DNA of 64,000 nucleotides from Candidatus Krumholzibacteriia bacterium (GCA_963836185.1 CAWIIQ010000001.1:1056001-1120000), one strand, 5' to 3'; shown: positions 10,359 to 23,547, counted from the first letter of the stretch. Program-made: numbers and translations. Notes: generated by a model not told the origin, from the letters alone.

Positions 10359-12802
10359 TTGGACGTAAAGAGATTTCTCGGCAAGGTCACTGTCGACGAC
10401 CTTTACGACGGCCAGATAGTCCACAGTCACAAGATTCCACTGCGCAGCGCCCGCTTCGGCGAGCTCGGTGAAGCACTGCCGCCTGGCCTCGCTTCGATCC
10501 TTGCCGGTTCGGGTATCGAGAGCCTCTACACACACCAGGTCGAGGCGGTCGAGTCTCTGCGCGGCGGGATCGACACGGTCATAGTCACATCGACGGCGAG
10601 CGGGAAGACGCTCTGCTATAACATTCCCGTTCTCGAGGCCCTCATAGAGGACCCCGGGAGCAGGGCGCTCTACCTCTATCCGACGAAGGCCCTCGCTCAG
10701 GACCAGCTGAGGGTGCTCAAGAGGTACAAGGATGGCGGCTCGATCAGCATTCGAGGCAGGGACGTACGATGGGGATACTCCGGGGCCGCTGCGAAGAAAG
10801 CTGCGCGACGGCGCCAGCATACTTCTGACCAATCCCGATATGCTTCACTCGGGGATCCTGCCTAATCACGCGAAGTGGGCCCCCTTCCTGACGAAGCTGC
10901 GCTACGTCGTCGTCGACGAGATACACAGTTATCGAGGCGTCTTCGGCTCGCATGTATCGAACGTGATGAGGCGGCTCTCACGGATATGCGACCATTACGG
11001 GTCTAAGCCGGTATTCGCGGCTAGCTCGGCGACGATCGCCAATCCGGGCGAGCACGCGGGGCGGCTGCTCGGCCGCGAGATGAAGGTCGTCACGAAGGAC
11101 GGTTCGCCGAGGGGGCGCAAGACCTTCCTCATGTGGAACCCGCCTAACCTGGACCCCGCGGGGATGGAGCGAAGGAGCTCGAACGCCGAAGCGGCCGAGC
11201 TCGTCACCCGGCTCATCCTCGACGGTGTCCAGACGATCGCCTTCGTCAGGGCGCGCGTGGTGAGCGAGGTGATAACGAGATATGTCCGGGACATGCTCTC
11301 AAAGCACCGGGCCTCGATGGCCGATTCGGTCCATCCATACAGGGGCGGGCTACCTCCCCGAGGAGCGCAGGGAGATAGAGCGCCGGTTATTCGAGGGCGA
11401 ACTCAAGGCGGTCATCAGCACCAACGCCCTCGAGCTCGGCATCGACGTCGGAGCGTTGCATGCCTCGGTGATCGTCGGTTATCCGGGCAGCATAGCCTCG
11501 ACGTGGCAGCAGGCGGGAAGGGCCGGGCGCGGCATGGAAGACTCACTGATCATATTCATCCCGCAGAATACACCGCTCGACCAGTATCTTGCCCGCAATC
11601 CCGACTACTTCTTCGGGCGCTCGCCAGAGAACGCGATAATCGATCCGGAAAACCCGCACGTCCTTCTCGGCCAGATGCGCTCCGCCGCCTTCGAGCTTCC
11701 GCTGGCCGCGAAGGAGGTAGAGGGGATGGGCGAGTACGCTCCGGCGATCGCGCAGCTCCTCGAGGAGGAGAGGGATCTCAACTTCGTCAAGGGGAGCTGG
11801 TTCTGGCGGGGGCACGGCTATCCAAGCGCCGACGTCAACCTGCGCAATATCTCGCCGAACATCTACACGATAATCGACGAGTCTGACGGCAACAGGGTGA
11901 TCGGCACGATCGACGAGGCGAGCGCATTCCAGCAGGTCCATACACAGGCGATATATCTGCACGAGGCGGAGACGTATTTCGTCCGTGACCTCGATATAGA
12001 GAAGAAGATAGCTTTCATAGAAAAGACGAATGTCGACTACTACACGCAGTCTATCACCGAGACCCAGGTCAAGGTCGACCGCGAGGAGAAGAACGGGATG
12101 TGGAGGATCAGCCCGATCGCCTTCGGCGACGTCTCGGTGACCGATCTGACGTTCATGTTCAGAAAGATAAAGTTCGGCAGCCGCGACTCGATCGGCTACG
12201 GCAAATGCGATCTGCCGCCGCAGATCCTCGAGACGGCCGGTATGTGGATAGAGCCCCCGGGCGACGCGCTCGCCGCGGTGCGCGAATGGGGAAGGGTCCC
12301 TTCCGAGGGGCTGCTCGGCCTGTCCAATATACTCAGGGAGGTCGTGCCTCTGTTCGTGATGTCCGATCCGCTCGATATCGGAACGACGGTAAACTCGCGT
12401 TCGACCGGCGGCCCGGCTCTCTACATATATGACAAGTACCCTGGCGGCCTCGGTTTCGCGCGCAAGACTTACGACATAGTCGAGGAGGTCATGCAGGCCT
12501 CGCTCGAGTTGATACAGACATGCGGATGCAGGAAGGGATGCCCCTCATGCGTCGGTTCCCCCATACCGCCCTTCACACAGCTCGACCCCGATACGGGCGG
12601 GCGCGGGATGATCCCCGACAAGGAGGCGGCCCTTGTGATCCTGCACCTTCTTCTTGAGCTCGAGGCCTACGAACCTGCTCCTCTCGAGGATTACGGAGGA
12701 GGGCCGGTGGAGAGGCCCGAGGGCAAGCCGCTCCCTGTCGAGCTGGAGAACAAGTTGCGCAGGACTCTGCTGCGCAACGGGGAGCGCGGTCGCAGGTCAT
12801 GA
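10359..12802 (+). CDS. YprA/MrfA (Hrq1-like) DEAH helicase with DUF1998 zinc domain; two apparent frameshifts (~10740, ~11345)
   Basis: TASGKT, DEIH, NALELGID, QQAGRAGR, CGCRKGCPSC spread over three overlapping ORFs. Confidence 0.85.
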
Positions 12803-12978
12803 TCGGGTAGCCAGTTAGAGTAAAATCGGACCTTTTACCGCCGGAGCGTTGACGCTCGACTGCCCCTGTGCTATATTGCACTAGTTCTGCTGATCAAGTC
12901 TCTTTCAGAGCAAGGTCATCCGGGTTCCATGGCGATCGCCGCGGGACCCTCGACTTTCTTTAAACCGGGAGGCCCCCG

Positions 12979-13350
12979 ATGAGGGTTATCAAGCGTTACC
13001 GCATCCACGCGGGCACGTTTGCCTGGATTCTTCATCGCCTGTCAGGGCTCGGGCTGATCTTTTATCTGCTCCTGCACATATGGGTAATCAGCCATCTGTC
13101 CGGCGGTGAGAAATCCTTCGACGGGATAATGCACGCATTCGGCACTCCTCTCTTCAAGTTCATGGAGATAGGGCTGGTAGGCGTGATCTTCTACCACATG
13201 TTCAACGGATTGAGGATCACTCTGATAGACATGGGCGTGATGGTCGAGAAGCAGAAGACGCTTTTTGCCATCTCCGTAGTGGTATGGCTCGCCTGCTGGG
13301 GCGGGGCCGCGGCGGTAATGATCTCGCGGATGATCTCCGCGGGCGCGTAG
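12979..13350 (+). CDS. sdhC: Succinate dehydrogenase cytochrome b subunit
   Basis: WILHRLSG, HMFNGLR, three TMs, operon context. Confidence 0.88.
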   Translation: MRVIKRYRIHAGTFAWILHRLSGLGLIFYLLLHIWVISHLSGGEKSFDGIMHAFGTPLFKFMEIGLVGVIFYHMFNGLRITLIDMGVMVEKQKTLFAISVVVWLACWGGAAAVMISRMISAGA

Positions 13351-13363
13351 AAGGGAGGCCGCA

Positions 13364-13732
13364 ATGAGTTACAAGTACAATGAGACCGCAAGGTCGGGCG
13401 GCGCTCTCTGGTGGTTCTTCCACCGCCTGAGCGGGCTCTATCTCGCCGCTGTTCTCTTTGTCCACGTCCTCGTCCTGCATGTGCTGATGAAGGACGAGAT
13501 CGCGTACGGCTCGATAGCCGAACGCGTATCGACGCCACTCTGGAAGACAATAAATATTTCGTTCCTCATCGTCGCGCTGCTCCACGGCCTCTACGGCCTG
13601 TGGATCGTGCTCGGCGATTACATCCACAAGCCGTGGATGAGAATACTAATCTGGAGCGGCATTGCCGTCATCGGGCTCGTATTTGCGATATACGGCGCCC
13701 TGACGATGATCTCGTTCCAGTACGGAGGTTGA
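13364..13732 (+). CDS. sdhD: Succinate dehydrogenase membrane anchor
   Basis: WFFHRLSG, HGLYG...DY, operon context. Confidence 0.85.
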   Translation: MSYKYNETARSGGALWWFFHRLSGLYLAAVLFVHVLVLHVLMKDEIAYGSIAERVSTPLWKTINISFLIVALLHGLYGLWIVLGDYIHKPWMRILIWSGIAVIGLVFAIYGALTMISFQYGG

Positions 13733-13738
13733 CCTGTC

Positions 13739-15526
<1,788 letters not shown>

Positions 15527-15539
15527 AGGAGGCCCCGGA

Positions 15540-16253
15540 ATGGCAATGATCACGTTCAGGATCAATCGTTTCAATCCGGACGATGAGCGTCGGGGTCACT
15601 ACATGCAGGAGTATCAGCTCGACGTGGAGAAGGGCACGACACTCCTCGACGCTCTCAACGAGATAAAGTGGAAACAGGACGGGACACTGACCTTCAGGCG
15701 CTCGTGCCGGAGCGGTATCTGCGGCTCATGCGCGATGACGATCAACGGGGTCAACAACCTCGCGTGCGAGACACAGGTGCTCGAGCTCGGAGGATCGACG
15801 ATCACCGTCGAGCCGATGCGCGGTTATCCCGTCATCAAGGACCTCGTGGTCTCTCTCGACCCGCTGGTGCGGGGCCTGCTCGCGGTGAAGCCATGGCTGA
15901 TCACCCACTCGCCCCCTTCGAGCGATCAGGAGAGGCTCCAGTCCCCTGAGGAGAGGGAGAAGATCGACGGCCTTTACGAGTGCATACTATGCGGTTCGTG
16001 CACATCGTCTTGTCCCTCGTTCTGGGCCGACAAGGAGTATGTCGGACCTCACGCCTTCCTCAAGGCTTACAGGTTCGTAGCGGATACCAGGGATGAGGGC
16101 AGCGCCGAGCACCTCAAGGCTCTCGATGACAGGCACGGGCTGTGGCGGTGCCACACGATCTTCAACTGTGTCGAGGCATGCCCGAAGGACCTCAACCCAA
16201 CGAAGGCGATTTCCGAGCTGAAAAAGGAGCTTGTCAGGCGCAGGCTCGGGTAA
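15540..16253 (+). CDS. sdhB: Succinate dehydrogenase Fe-S subunit
   Basis: SCRSGICGSC, CILCGSCTSSCP, CHTIFNCVEACP. Confidence 0.95.
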   Translation: MAMITFRINRFNPDDERRGHYMQEYQLDVEKGTTLLDALNEIKWKQDGTLTFRRSCRSGICGSCAMTINGVNNLACETQVLELGGSTITVEPMRGYPVIKDLVVSLDPLVRGLLAVKPWLITHSPPSSDQERLQSPEEREKIDGLYECILCGSCTSSCPSFWADKEYVGPHAFLKAYRFVADTRDEGSAEHLKALDDRHGLWRCHTIFNCVEACPKDLNPTKAISELKKELVRRRLG

Positions 16254-16429
16254 GGGACCCGGAAATCGGTCAGATCGTATCAATGGACGGCGGCCTCGCG
16301 CCGCCGTCCTTCTTTTGAGTGGAACCTTCCCGCGTGTTGAAATATAATCCTTCAAACGAATTCAGAGACTCGCCGGAGCGATTTGCGGGATCGTCCGGGC
16401 GATCTTCCGGAGGATAAAAGGAGGAACCG

Positions 16430-17416
16430 ATGTCAGGCTTCACACGTAGAACCTTTCTGAAGATGTCCGCGGCTCTCGGAGCGGCAGGCGGCCTTATCCC
16501 GGCAGGCCGGCTCTTCGCGGCGGCTCAGGGCAGCGGTGCTCAGGGCGGCCCCGTTGTGATATCGACATGGCCCCACGGGGTGCCGGCCAATGACGCGGCC
16601 TGGAAGGTCCTGTCTGCTGGAGGGACATCACTCGACGCGGTCGAGATGGGAGTACGTGTTCCCGAGGCTGATCCCGGTGTGCGGAGTGTCGGATACGGCG
16701 GACTTCCCGACGAGGATTGCAGGGTGACACTGGATGCCTGCATAATGGGGCCGGACGGCAACTGCGGTTCAACGGCATTCGTAGAGGGGTACATGCATCC
16801 TATATCGATTGCCCGCAGGGTGATGGAGGATACCGATCACGTGATGATCGTCGGCGGCGGCGCGGAGGAATTCGCCCGGAAGGTCGGGTTTGCCCGCGAA
16901 GACCTCCTGACTGAAGAGGCCAGGAAGGCCTGGGTCAAGTGGAAGTCGGGGATGGGCGACGGGGACGACTGGTTCCCCGGCGGCGAAGAGAACCATGACA
17001 CGATCGGAATGGTCGCGCTCGATGCGGCAGGGAACCTCTCAGGCGCGTGCACTACTTCCGGCCTTGCCTGGAAGATCCACGGACGGGTGGGCGATTCGCC
17101 GATAATCGGCGCCGGGATGTATGTCGATAACGAGGTCGGCGCGGCCGCGGCGACAGGCAGGGGCGAGGCCGTTATCAAGACCTGCGGCAGTTTTCTCGTC
17201 GTGGAGAACATGCGCAGCGGGATGTCGCCCGGGGATGCATGCAGGGCGGCCGTAGAGAGGATATCAGAGAAGCACGGCGGCAAGGCCGATTTCCAGGTCG
17301 GCTATATCGCGCTCAGTAAAAAGGGAGAGACAGGAGCATTCTCTCTCTCCGACGGGTTCTCGTATGCTCTGGCGAGAGACGGAAAGAACGAGTTACTTAC
17401 AGCGGAACATATCTAG
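16430..17416 (+). CDS. Tat-exported glycosylasparaginase (Ntn hydrolase)
   Basis: TRRTFLK Tat motif; HDTIG autocleavage site; GRVGDSPIIGAG. Confidence 0.9.
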   Translation: MSGFTRRTFLKMSAALGAAGGLIPAGRLFAAAQGSGAQGGPVVISTWPHGVPANDAAWKVLSAGGTSLDAVEMGVRVPEADPGVRSVGYGGLPDEDCRVTLDACIMGPDGNCGSTAFVEGYMHPISIARRVMEDTDHVMIVGGGAEEFARKVGFAREDLLTEEARKAWVKWKSGMGDGDDWFPGGEENHDTIGMVALDAAGNLSGACTTSGLAWKIHGRVGDSPIIGAGMYVDNEVGAAAATGRGEAVIKTCGSFLVVENMRSGMSPGDACRAAVERISEKHGGKADFQVGYIALSKKGETGAFSLSDGFSYALARDGKNELLTAEHI

Positions 17417-17452
17417 TCGAATGATGGATGATGAATATAGAAAGGGGAGAAT

Positions 17453-18226
17453 GTGGCTTCCATGACAGGATCGGGCGGATTATTCAGGACGGCACTGGCG
17501 GTGGCTGCCCTCGCGGCGCTGATCGCATCGTGCTCCGGGAGTGTTAAGAACCCGGAGGCAGCCGTCGACAGGATGCTCAAGGCATACGGCGGAGTGAAGA
17601 ACCTTCCCCTGATTACTACCTTCGAGGGCAGGGGTTTCAGGAAACAGATTCCTGAAGGGCAGGTCGCGACAAACTACCCTTTCGATATCTTCCAGAGAAA
17701 GCTTGAGTACAAGACCAGGACGTACAGGATCCTCGACGGCAGGATCGTCGAACTTCAGATCCTTATAGTAAATAATAACGAGAATTTCATCTGGACGCTG
17801 GGGTCAGGCGCTTCAGAGGTCCCCGAATGGGAAGTCGAATTGATCGCATACAGGTTTCCCATGATCCTCGACAAGCTCAGCGCCGGGGGACTCGAACTCA
17901 AGCGCGTAGAGAGTGAGTACTGGGACGGCATGTATCACATCGGGTTCGAAGAGGGAGATAACATCGTCGATGTCGGCCTCGATGAGAAGTCATTCCATGT
18001 CAGGCAGATCTCTGTCAGGAGCCTGGCGAATCCGGACTTCTCCTTCAAAGAGGAGTACGGAGACTATGTCAAGACAGACGGCATCTGGTTTCCCAACAGG
18101 TTTATCGGATACTTCAAGGATGACGAATATTTCGAATTTCTCATCCCGGTCGTTCGATTCGGCAATGAATTCCCGGACGATTTCTTCACGGTGATGGAGA
18201 GTGATACTGCGACCGCGATGCCTTAG
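17453..18226 (+). CDS. Hypothetical lipoprotein
   Basis: Lipobox IASC after hydrophobic stretch. Confidence 0.7.
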   Translation: MASMTGSGGLFRTALAVAALAALIASCSGSVKNPEAAVDRMLKAYGGVKNLPLITTFEGRGFRKQIPEGQVATNYPFDIFQRKLEYKTRTYRILDGRIVELQILIVNNNENFIWTLGSGASEVPEWEVELIAYRFPMILDKLSAGGLELKRVESEYWDGMYHIGFEEGDNIVDVGLDEKSFHVRQISVRSLANPDFSFKEEYGDYVKTDGIWFPNRFIGYFKDDEYFEFLIPVVRFGNEFPDDFFTVMESDTATAMP

Positions 18227-18301
18227 CACGCAAACTGCACTTATCGCGGCAGTTACAATCCTCAAAACCCGGTCCGCGAACCCCGCTGACCGGGTTTCCT
18301 T

Positions 18302-18317
18302 TGGCATATAAAATGCA
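18302..18317 (+). promoter_or_regulatory. Candidate sigma-54 promoter (-24/-12)
   Basis: TGGCATATAAAATGCA: GG-N10-GC upstream of the 18420 ORF. Confidence 0.35.
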
Positions 18318-18419
18318 AAGCTTCCTCACAACGGGGCAGCTCCGGAAGCGAGCGTCCCGACTGGGGGAAATTGCAGGGATTCGGGCTTTTCCGGATAGAC
18401 ATCTTACGGAAGGACACCG

Positions 18420-18860
18420 GTGGAAAAGCGGATTCGGTCGTCTCATATCGTAATACTTACAGCTGTATCATGCCTGCTGCTCGCGTGTGTCATCACGTCA
18501 CCCGTCCTGTTTGTCAGCGCGGAGTCGAGAAACGGGGATCCCGCCGCTGAGGCGTCGATACTTGCCGAGAGGCATCTCGACAGGGCTATGGAAGAGATGA
18601 AGCGGACAGGAGTCTGCTCCGCCGAGGGACGCACCGTGACATGCGACGATGACGGCGGCGCCGTCTACCAGCTCGACACCAGGATCGTACGCGGGGATTC
18701 CGGTGAAGTCAGCAGGGTATCGGTCCGGGTGAGGTGGAAGGGACCTCTGGGCGGAGGAGCAGTCGTGGCGACAGGCGTCTGCGCAGAGTCATCCGGATAT
18801 GACCGGGCCTCGATGAGCGGCGCTCCTTCCGGCGATGAGTTGTCGCGCAACGACCGTTAA
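18420..18860 (+). CDS. Hypothetical exported protein
   Basis: Hydrophobic N-terminus, AAGGA RBS. Confidence 0.55.
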   Translation: MEKRIRSSHIVILTAVSCLLLACVITSPVLFVSAESRNGDPAAEASILAERHLDRAMEEMKRTGVCSAEGRTVTCDDDGGAVYQLDTRIVRGDSGEVSRVSVRVRWKGPLGGGAVVATGVCAESSGYDRASMSGAPSGDELSRNDR

Positions 18861-18864
18861 GTTA

Positions 18865-19401
18865 TCAGAGAAGCTCGCTGACCTTGAACAGGGACCTGAA
18901 CTCGTACCCCGCGCCGGCGATCCTGTCAACGGCGCCCTCTTCCCTGTCGACGAGCACATGTACCGCGGCGATCTCGCCGCCCCCGGCTTCCACGGCTTCG
19001 GCGGCCCTCAGAAGTGAGCCACCCGTGGTGACGACATCCTCGACTATTATGATCTTCATTCCCTCTTCGAGTTTTCCCTCGACGAGTTTCTGCGTTCCGT
19101 GGCCCTTTGCTTCCTTCCTTATGAGAAAGCCTTCCTTCTCTTCGCCCCGCTCGGCGGATAGAGCGAGAAGCGCCCCGATGATCGGGTCGGCGCCTATGAC
19201 GGGGCCCGCGAAGCCGTCGTATTCAAGATCGCTGAGGCTCTCGAGCAGGAGCTTCGCCGAGAGGTTCAACCCCATCGAGTGCAGGGTCGTCATCTTCCCG
19301 TTGATGTAGTAGGTGCTTTTCTTGCCCGAGACGAGCGTGAAATCACCTTTGAGTATCGAACGCTCGATCAGGATCCTCTTGAGTTCTTCCCTGTCGCTCA
19401 A
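18865..19401 (-). CDS. pyrE: Orotate phosphoribosyltransferase
   Basis: GDFTLVSGKKS, RKEAKGHG, VEDVVTTGGS. Confidence 0.93.
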   Translation of the reverse strand: MSDREELKRILIERSILKGDFTLVSGKKSTYYINGKMTTLHSMGLNLSAKLLLESLSDLEYDGFAGPVIGADPIIGALLALSAERGEEKEGFLIRKEAKGHGTQKLVEGKLEEGMKIIIVEDVVTTGGSLLRAAEAVEAGGGEIAAVHVLVDREEGAVDRIAGAGYEFRSLFKVSELL

Positions 19402-19423
19402 TGTCGCCTCCGTCCTTATTGAC

Positions 19424-20065
19424 TCAGTCGTCAGTGTAAAAGGATATTCCCAGAGTGATCTGGAAAAAGTGCGCGTAGTCTTTGCCGGTATATATCCAGA
19501 CCGGCTGCCTGTAGTCTGTGCCGGTCCACATGTAGTGCCATTTTCCCCCGAGGCCGAGATGGATCCCGCCCTTTGAGAGCCTCCACCATATCTCGCCTCC
19601 CGCGTAGACTCCGGGCTGGTTGTACGTGATCCGCCCCTCTCCCGAGAATCCCATCTGGATCGAAGATGTGCTGGTATAGAGCCCGCCGCCCAGTTCGCCG
19701 CTGACCCTTAACTTCTTCGACAGGTCGGCCTTCGTCATAAGGCAGCCGGTGACGGAATAGACCATGAAATCGACCGTCTGCTGGATGCCGAGATACTCGA
19801 GATCCTTGTCGGGCAGCAGCGAATTTCCAAAATCCGATCCCGACAGGGCAATACCGAGGGCGGATGATGTCGAGAGTCCGTGGTAGAAATAGATCTCGAG
19901 CTCGCTTCCCGATCCGAAGGCCTCGTCGAGCCCCGATGTGCTGTGGATCCCGCCTATCCTGAGTCCCAGGATCTCCCTGCCCTTGATACTCTCGCCGCCT
20001 TCCGCCGGAAGGCTCGATGAGAGCACTGATGCCAGGATCGATGCTGTCAATGCAACACGTTTCAT
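19424..20065 (-). CDS. Probable outer-membrane beta-barrel protein
   Basis: Signal peptide, alternating strands, aromatic C-terminal strand. Confidence 0.6.
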   Translation of the reverse strand: MKRVALTASILASVLSSSLPAEGGESIKGREILGLRIGGIHSTSGLDEAFGSGSELEIYFYHGLSTSSALGIALSGSDFGNSLLPDKDLEYLGIQQTVDFMVYSVTGCLMTKADLSKKLRVSGELGGGLYTSTSSIQMGFSGEGRITYNQPGVYAGGEIWWRLSKGGIHLGLGGKWHYMWTGTDYRQPVWIYTGKDYAHFFQITLGISFYTDD

Positions 20066-20122
20066 GTGTTTAAGATAGCATTCATGTAGTGGGCGGGCGA
20101 GAAAAAAAGTCTGATGGAGAGG

Positions 20123-22027
20123 CTATCGGAGGAGGACCAGCTTCGTCATGCCGACCATTTTCCCGCTGTCGAAGACTGCGGCGGCATAGATGCCCGATGC
20201 GACAGGCCGGCCACTGTCGGCCCTGCCGTTCCATACGACCGAACCGGTCCCGTCGGCTGACGACATCACGGTCCTCGTATGGATGCGTTTTCCGGCTATG
20301 GAGAAAACGACTACTTCTATAAGGCTGCCGGGGCTGGCCGTAAAGGAGATCGTCGTAGCGGGATTGAACGGGTTGGGCGAGCATGAGACCTCTGCCGGCG
20401 GCAGAGGCGCCGCGTCGCTTTCCTGACGGGAAGCAGCCGCATCCGCCGTCTCTTCCTGCAGGGTCAGGTCGCTGGAAACGGGAGGAGTGGAACCGTAGGG
20501 TGGAGGGAAGGGAAGTTCCTTTATAGCATCGACATTGATGTGCCCCATCGGCGCCGAGCAGTGGTCGACGATCTCGAGGTAGAACTCATGGCCCATATAG
20601 GGTTCGAGATTCCAGATCCGCTTATCCATCAGTTCGATGCCGCGCCCCGTTTCGCTGTATATCGTTTCTCCCGAGACGGCGTCGATCATCGCTATGTAGC
20701 ATGAATCGGGGTAAGCTCCTCCGCCTACGAGAAGACTCATCGAGCGTCCCGTCACGGTGAATACGGTCGAACGGATAGAGCCCCTCGGACCGTCTCCCTG
20801 GCGGGATCCAGGTCTGTATCCGAAGATCGGCCCGTCGAATCTCTCGGCCGTTCCGATCCACCAGTTTCCCTCGAATCCGACCTTTGTGGTGTCGTCGCCG
20901 CGGAAAGCGTACGCGTCTCCGAATACGGGCTGGTGATCGAACGCGTCTCCATCGAGGATCGTCCAGTCTCCGAGTGGAGCTTCAAGTTTGACAACGGCAT
21001 GGTCGCCGCTCCATGTCAGGGTGTCGAATCTGATCGAGTAGACATTGTCATTCGTGTAGTCGAGGTACGAGGTATGCCTCGATATTATTTCCGCTCCCGT
21101 AGGTGTTCGTGTGATCTCCGCCGCGTGGCCGAAATCGATGACCGACCTGTAGATGACGTTCCACCCGCTTGTCAGGGAATCGGAAAACATGTGGGAGACG
21201 CCTCCGACGCCTTCTTCGGTAAAGAAGAGGTGGTATTTACCCTCGCGCTTGAGGACAAAAGTACTCTCCAGCAGGTGCCAGTTGTCGTGAACGTACATCG
21301 GTCCCGTGTCGTTCCACGAGAATCTGCCGTCTCCGCTCGTGAGAGCCACGGCGCCGTAATCATACTTTGTCCTGGTAGTCTGCGTGAGATAGCAGCCGGT
21401 CTCATCCTCGAAGAAGTTAGGGTCCCGGAAATGGCAGTACTCGTCAACGGCCCAGTTGCACCAGGAAGAATCGCACGCAAACGGTTCGATAAGCTCTTCC
21501 TGCGCCTTGGTCCATTGAAAAAGGTCGCCGTTGGAGTAGGCTATCCCTGTCTGCTGGGCCGACGCGGAGTTTACACCTGTATAGAACATGAGGTAGTAGC
21601 CGTCCGTTCCCTCGAGCGGGATCACACACGGCGCCCATATATCACGTGAGTCCCATGCGCCCGGTTCTCCTCTCGAGAGCACAGGTTCATGGAACGTCCA
21701 GCGGACCAGGTCGGTAGAGGTGGCATGCCCGAAGGTTCGTTCGTTGGCGACGATATAGAAGATATGATATACGCCGTCGGCCATCACTATTGTGTGATCC
21801 TTGACGTCCTGGTCGGGGTTGTACAATACGGGGCCCTCGAAATCAAAGAAGACCATCGCTTCCGGATCGCCGGGGACAAAGGTGTCTCCCATCGAGCGGT
21901 CAGACCGGTGCTTCTTGTCGAAGTCGACGGCGTTTTCGGTCGCTCCGGCGGGGACAGCCGAAAGAAGGACCGATGCCGCGACAAGGGTGAGGGTCGTCTG
22001 GAATCGTGATCTGATAATGTGTGTCAT
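20123..22027 (-). CDS. Secreted GH32/GH43-like beta-propeller glycosidase with C-terminal FlgD/T9SS-like domain
   Basis: YHIFY, GHATSTDL, WAPCV, FRDP motifs; SPNPFNP tail domain. Confidence 0.7.
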   Translation of the reverse strand: MTHIIRSRFQTTLTLVAASVLLSAVPAGATENAVDFDKKHRSDRSMGDTFVPGDPEAMVFFDFEGPVLYNPDQDVKDHTIVMADGVYHIFYIVANERTFGHATSTDLVRWTFHEPVLSRGEPGAWDSRDIWAPCVIPLEGTDGYYLMFYTGVNSASAQQTGIAYSNGDLFQWTKAQEELIEPFACDSSWCNWAVDEYCHFRDPNFFEDETGCYLTQTTRTKYDYGAVALTSGDGRFSWNDTGPMYVHDNWHLLESTFVLKREGKYHLFFTEEGVGGVSHMFSDSLTSGWNVIYRSVIDFGHAAEITRTPTGAEIISRHTSYLDYTNDNVYSIRFDTLTWSGDHAVVKLEAPLGDWTILDGDAFDHQPVFGDAYAFRGDDTTKVGFEGNWWIGTAERFDGPIFGYRPGSRQGDGPRGSIRSTVFTVTGRSMSLLVGGGAYPDSCYIAMIDAVSGETIYSETGRGIELMDKRIWNLEPYMGHEFYLEIVDHCSAPMGHINVDAIKELPFPPPYGSTPPVSSDLTLQEETADAAASRQESDAAPLPPAEVSCSPNPFNPATTISFTASPGSLIEVVVFSIAGKRIHTRTVMSSADGTGSVVWNGRADSGRPVASGIYAAAVFDSGKMVGMTKLVLLR

Positions 22028-22154
22028 AATATAAAAAGTGACCCGGGTCAGGGCATGGCAGACCCGGGTCTGTGGGACTATCATGTCCCGGATTATTTTC
22101 CTATAGTCAGATCCGTTCAATCCTGAGCTCCCTCTCCGGAGGCGCAGGCAGGTA

Positions 22155-23387
22155 TCACCTCAGCAGGATCATCTTGCGGGTGAGGACCTCTTTGCCTATC
22201 TGCAGCCTGCAGTAGTACACGCCTGAAGGTATCGACCTTCCAGAGGAGAGAGCCGGATTCCATACATAGGTGTGGTCACCGGCGGATCTATTTCCGAGAT
22301 CGTGCCTGGCGACCGTCTTGCCCGACACGTCGTAGAACACCATCGTCACCCGGGTGCCTGATTCGGCCGATCCGACCGTGAACGGGATCGTGGTCGCCGG
22401 GTTGAAGGGATTCGGGTAGTTCTGGCCCATGGAACTCGGCACTCCGGGCACCCCGGAAGCCAGCATCGGCCCGACGATCGCCGGGTCATCGGTACCCAGC
22501 TCGACGAGCCAGTAGTACCTGTCGACCAGCGGATCATCGCATTCATCGAACCAGCTGAAACTCGTTATGCCGTAGACCGGTTCAGTGTTTCTCCTCATTG
22601 CGGAAGCAAGGTCGGGGCTGTCGCCGCGGTAGATATCAAATCCGGTAGTCTCGCCGCAGCAGTACGCGACCCAGGAGAGGACCACGCCGCCATTGACCCT
22701 TTCGCATACTGCCGTCGTGACCTGAACGGCAGTAACAGGGATCAACTCGAGTGATACCTGTTCGGAAGTGCCGGAGGCGGTCATGATGCCGCTGACTTCC
22801 GCGCTCCTGTATCCGGGGGCGCTGGCCTGAACGGTAAATTCGCCTTCGGGCAGGTTCGAGAAATCGAAATTCTTGTCGTTGAAACATGAGCAGGACATGA
22901 CGTGGCCGTCGGCCGTGCTGATCAGGTTTACGACGGCCCCGGCCGGAACACCGGGCTGATCCGACTCGAGGATGCCCTCGATGACCGCGTCGGGCCTGTC
23001 GAGCCAGTACTCATATGTGGAATCGTTGAATGAGAAATACCAGTACCCGCTGTCGGGCAGGACCGCGACTATCGACGGGGGGCTCCAGTCGTATGCGGCT
23101 GTTCCCCAGCCCTCTGTGAACGACCAGCCCCAGTGCATGGGCAGGTACGATCCATCCGCGGTGAATTTGAAGTATATCGTGTCGGGGTCGCCCGGCTCAT
23201 TAATCAGCTTGAGCTTTCGCCAGACGTTATCGCCGATCGGATCCATGTTGTTTTCTGCGTCATCCGGCTCACATGTGATTCCGGCGAAATTGCCGACCAA
23301 CTGTATCGAACTGAATTCCTGGGCTTGCGCCCCGGCTGCAGATAGAAAAAGGCTGCCGACGAGCAGCATGCCTGTAAGAAGATTCAT
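22155..23387 (-). CDS. Secreted protein with carboxypeptidase-regulatory-like and FlgD/T9SS-like domains
   Basis: Signal peptide; QNYPNPFNP...SGVYYCRL tail. Confidence 0.7.
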   Translation of the reverse strand: MNLLTGMLLVGSLFLSAAGAQAQEFSSIQLVGNFAGITCEPDDAENNMDPIGDNVWRKLKLINEPGDPDTIYFKFTADGSYLPMHWGWSFTEGWGTAAYDWSPPSIVAVLPDSGYWYFSFNDSTYEYWLDRPDAVIEGILESDQPGVPAGAVVNLISTADGHVMSCSCFNDKNFDFSNLPEGEFTVQASAPGYRSAEVSGIMTASGTSEQVSLELIPVTAVQVTTAVCERVNGGVVLSWVAYCCGETTGFDIYRGDSPDLASAMRRNTEPVYGITSFSWFDECDDPLVDRYYWLVELGTDDPAIVGPMLASGVPGVPSSMGQNYPNPFNPATTIPFTVGSAESGTRVTMVFYDVSGKTVARHDLGNRSAGDHTYVWNPALSSGRSIPSGVYYCRLQIGKEVLTRKMILLR

Positions 23388-23547
23388 TCTCAATTCCACA
23401 CTTCCCTCAAGATGTAAAGCGCGCATTCCCGGACGAGAAGGAATGCGTCGATGTAGGTAAATTATAGCGCAGTATGCCGTTTTTGTCAATATAGACAATC
23501 AGGGACAGACTGCCATCGGGCATTTCCATCCATCCGGACCTCTCTGA

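Noticed and set aside
22040-22071. Twin GACCCGGGTC palindromes between two secreted-protein genes
   Set aside because: Could be a hairpin or operator, but occurs once with no supporting context.
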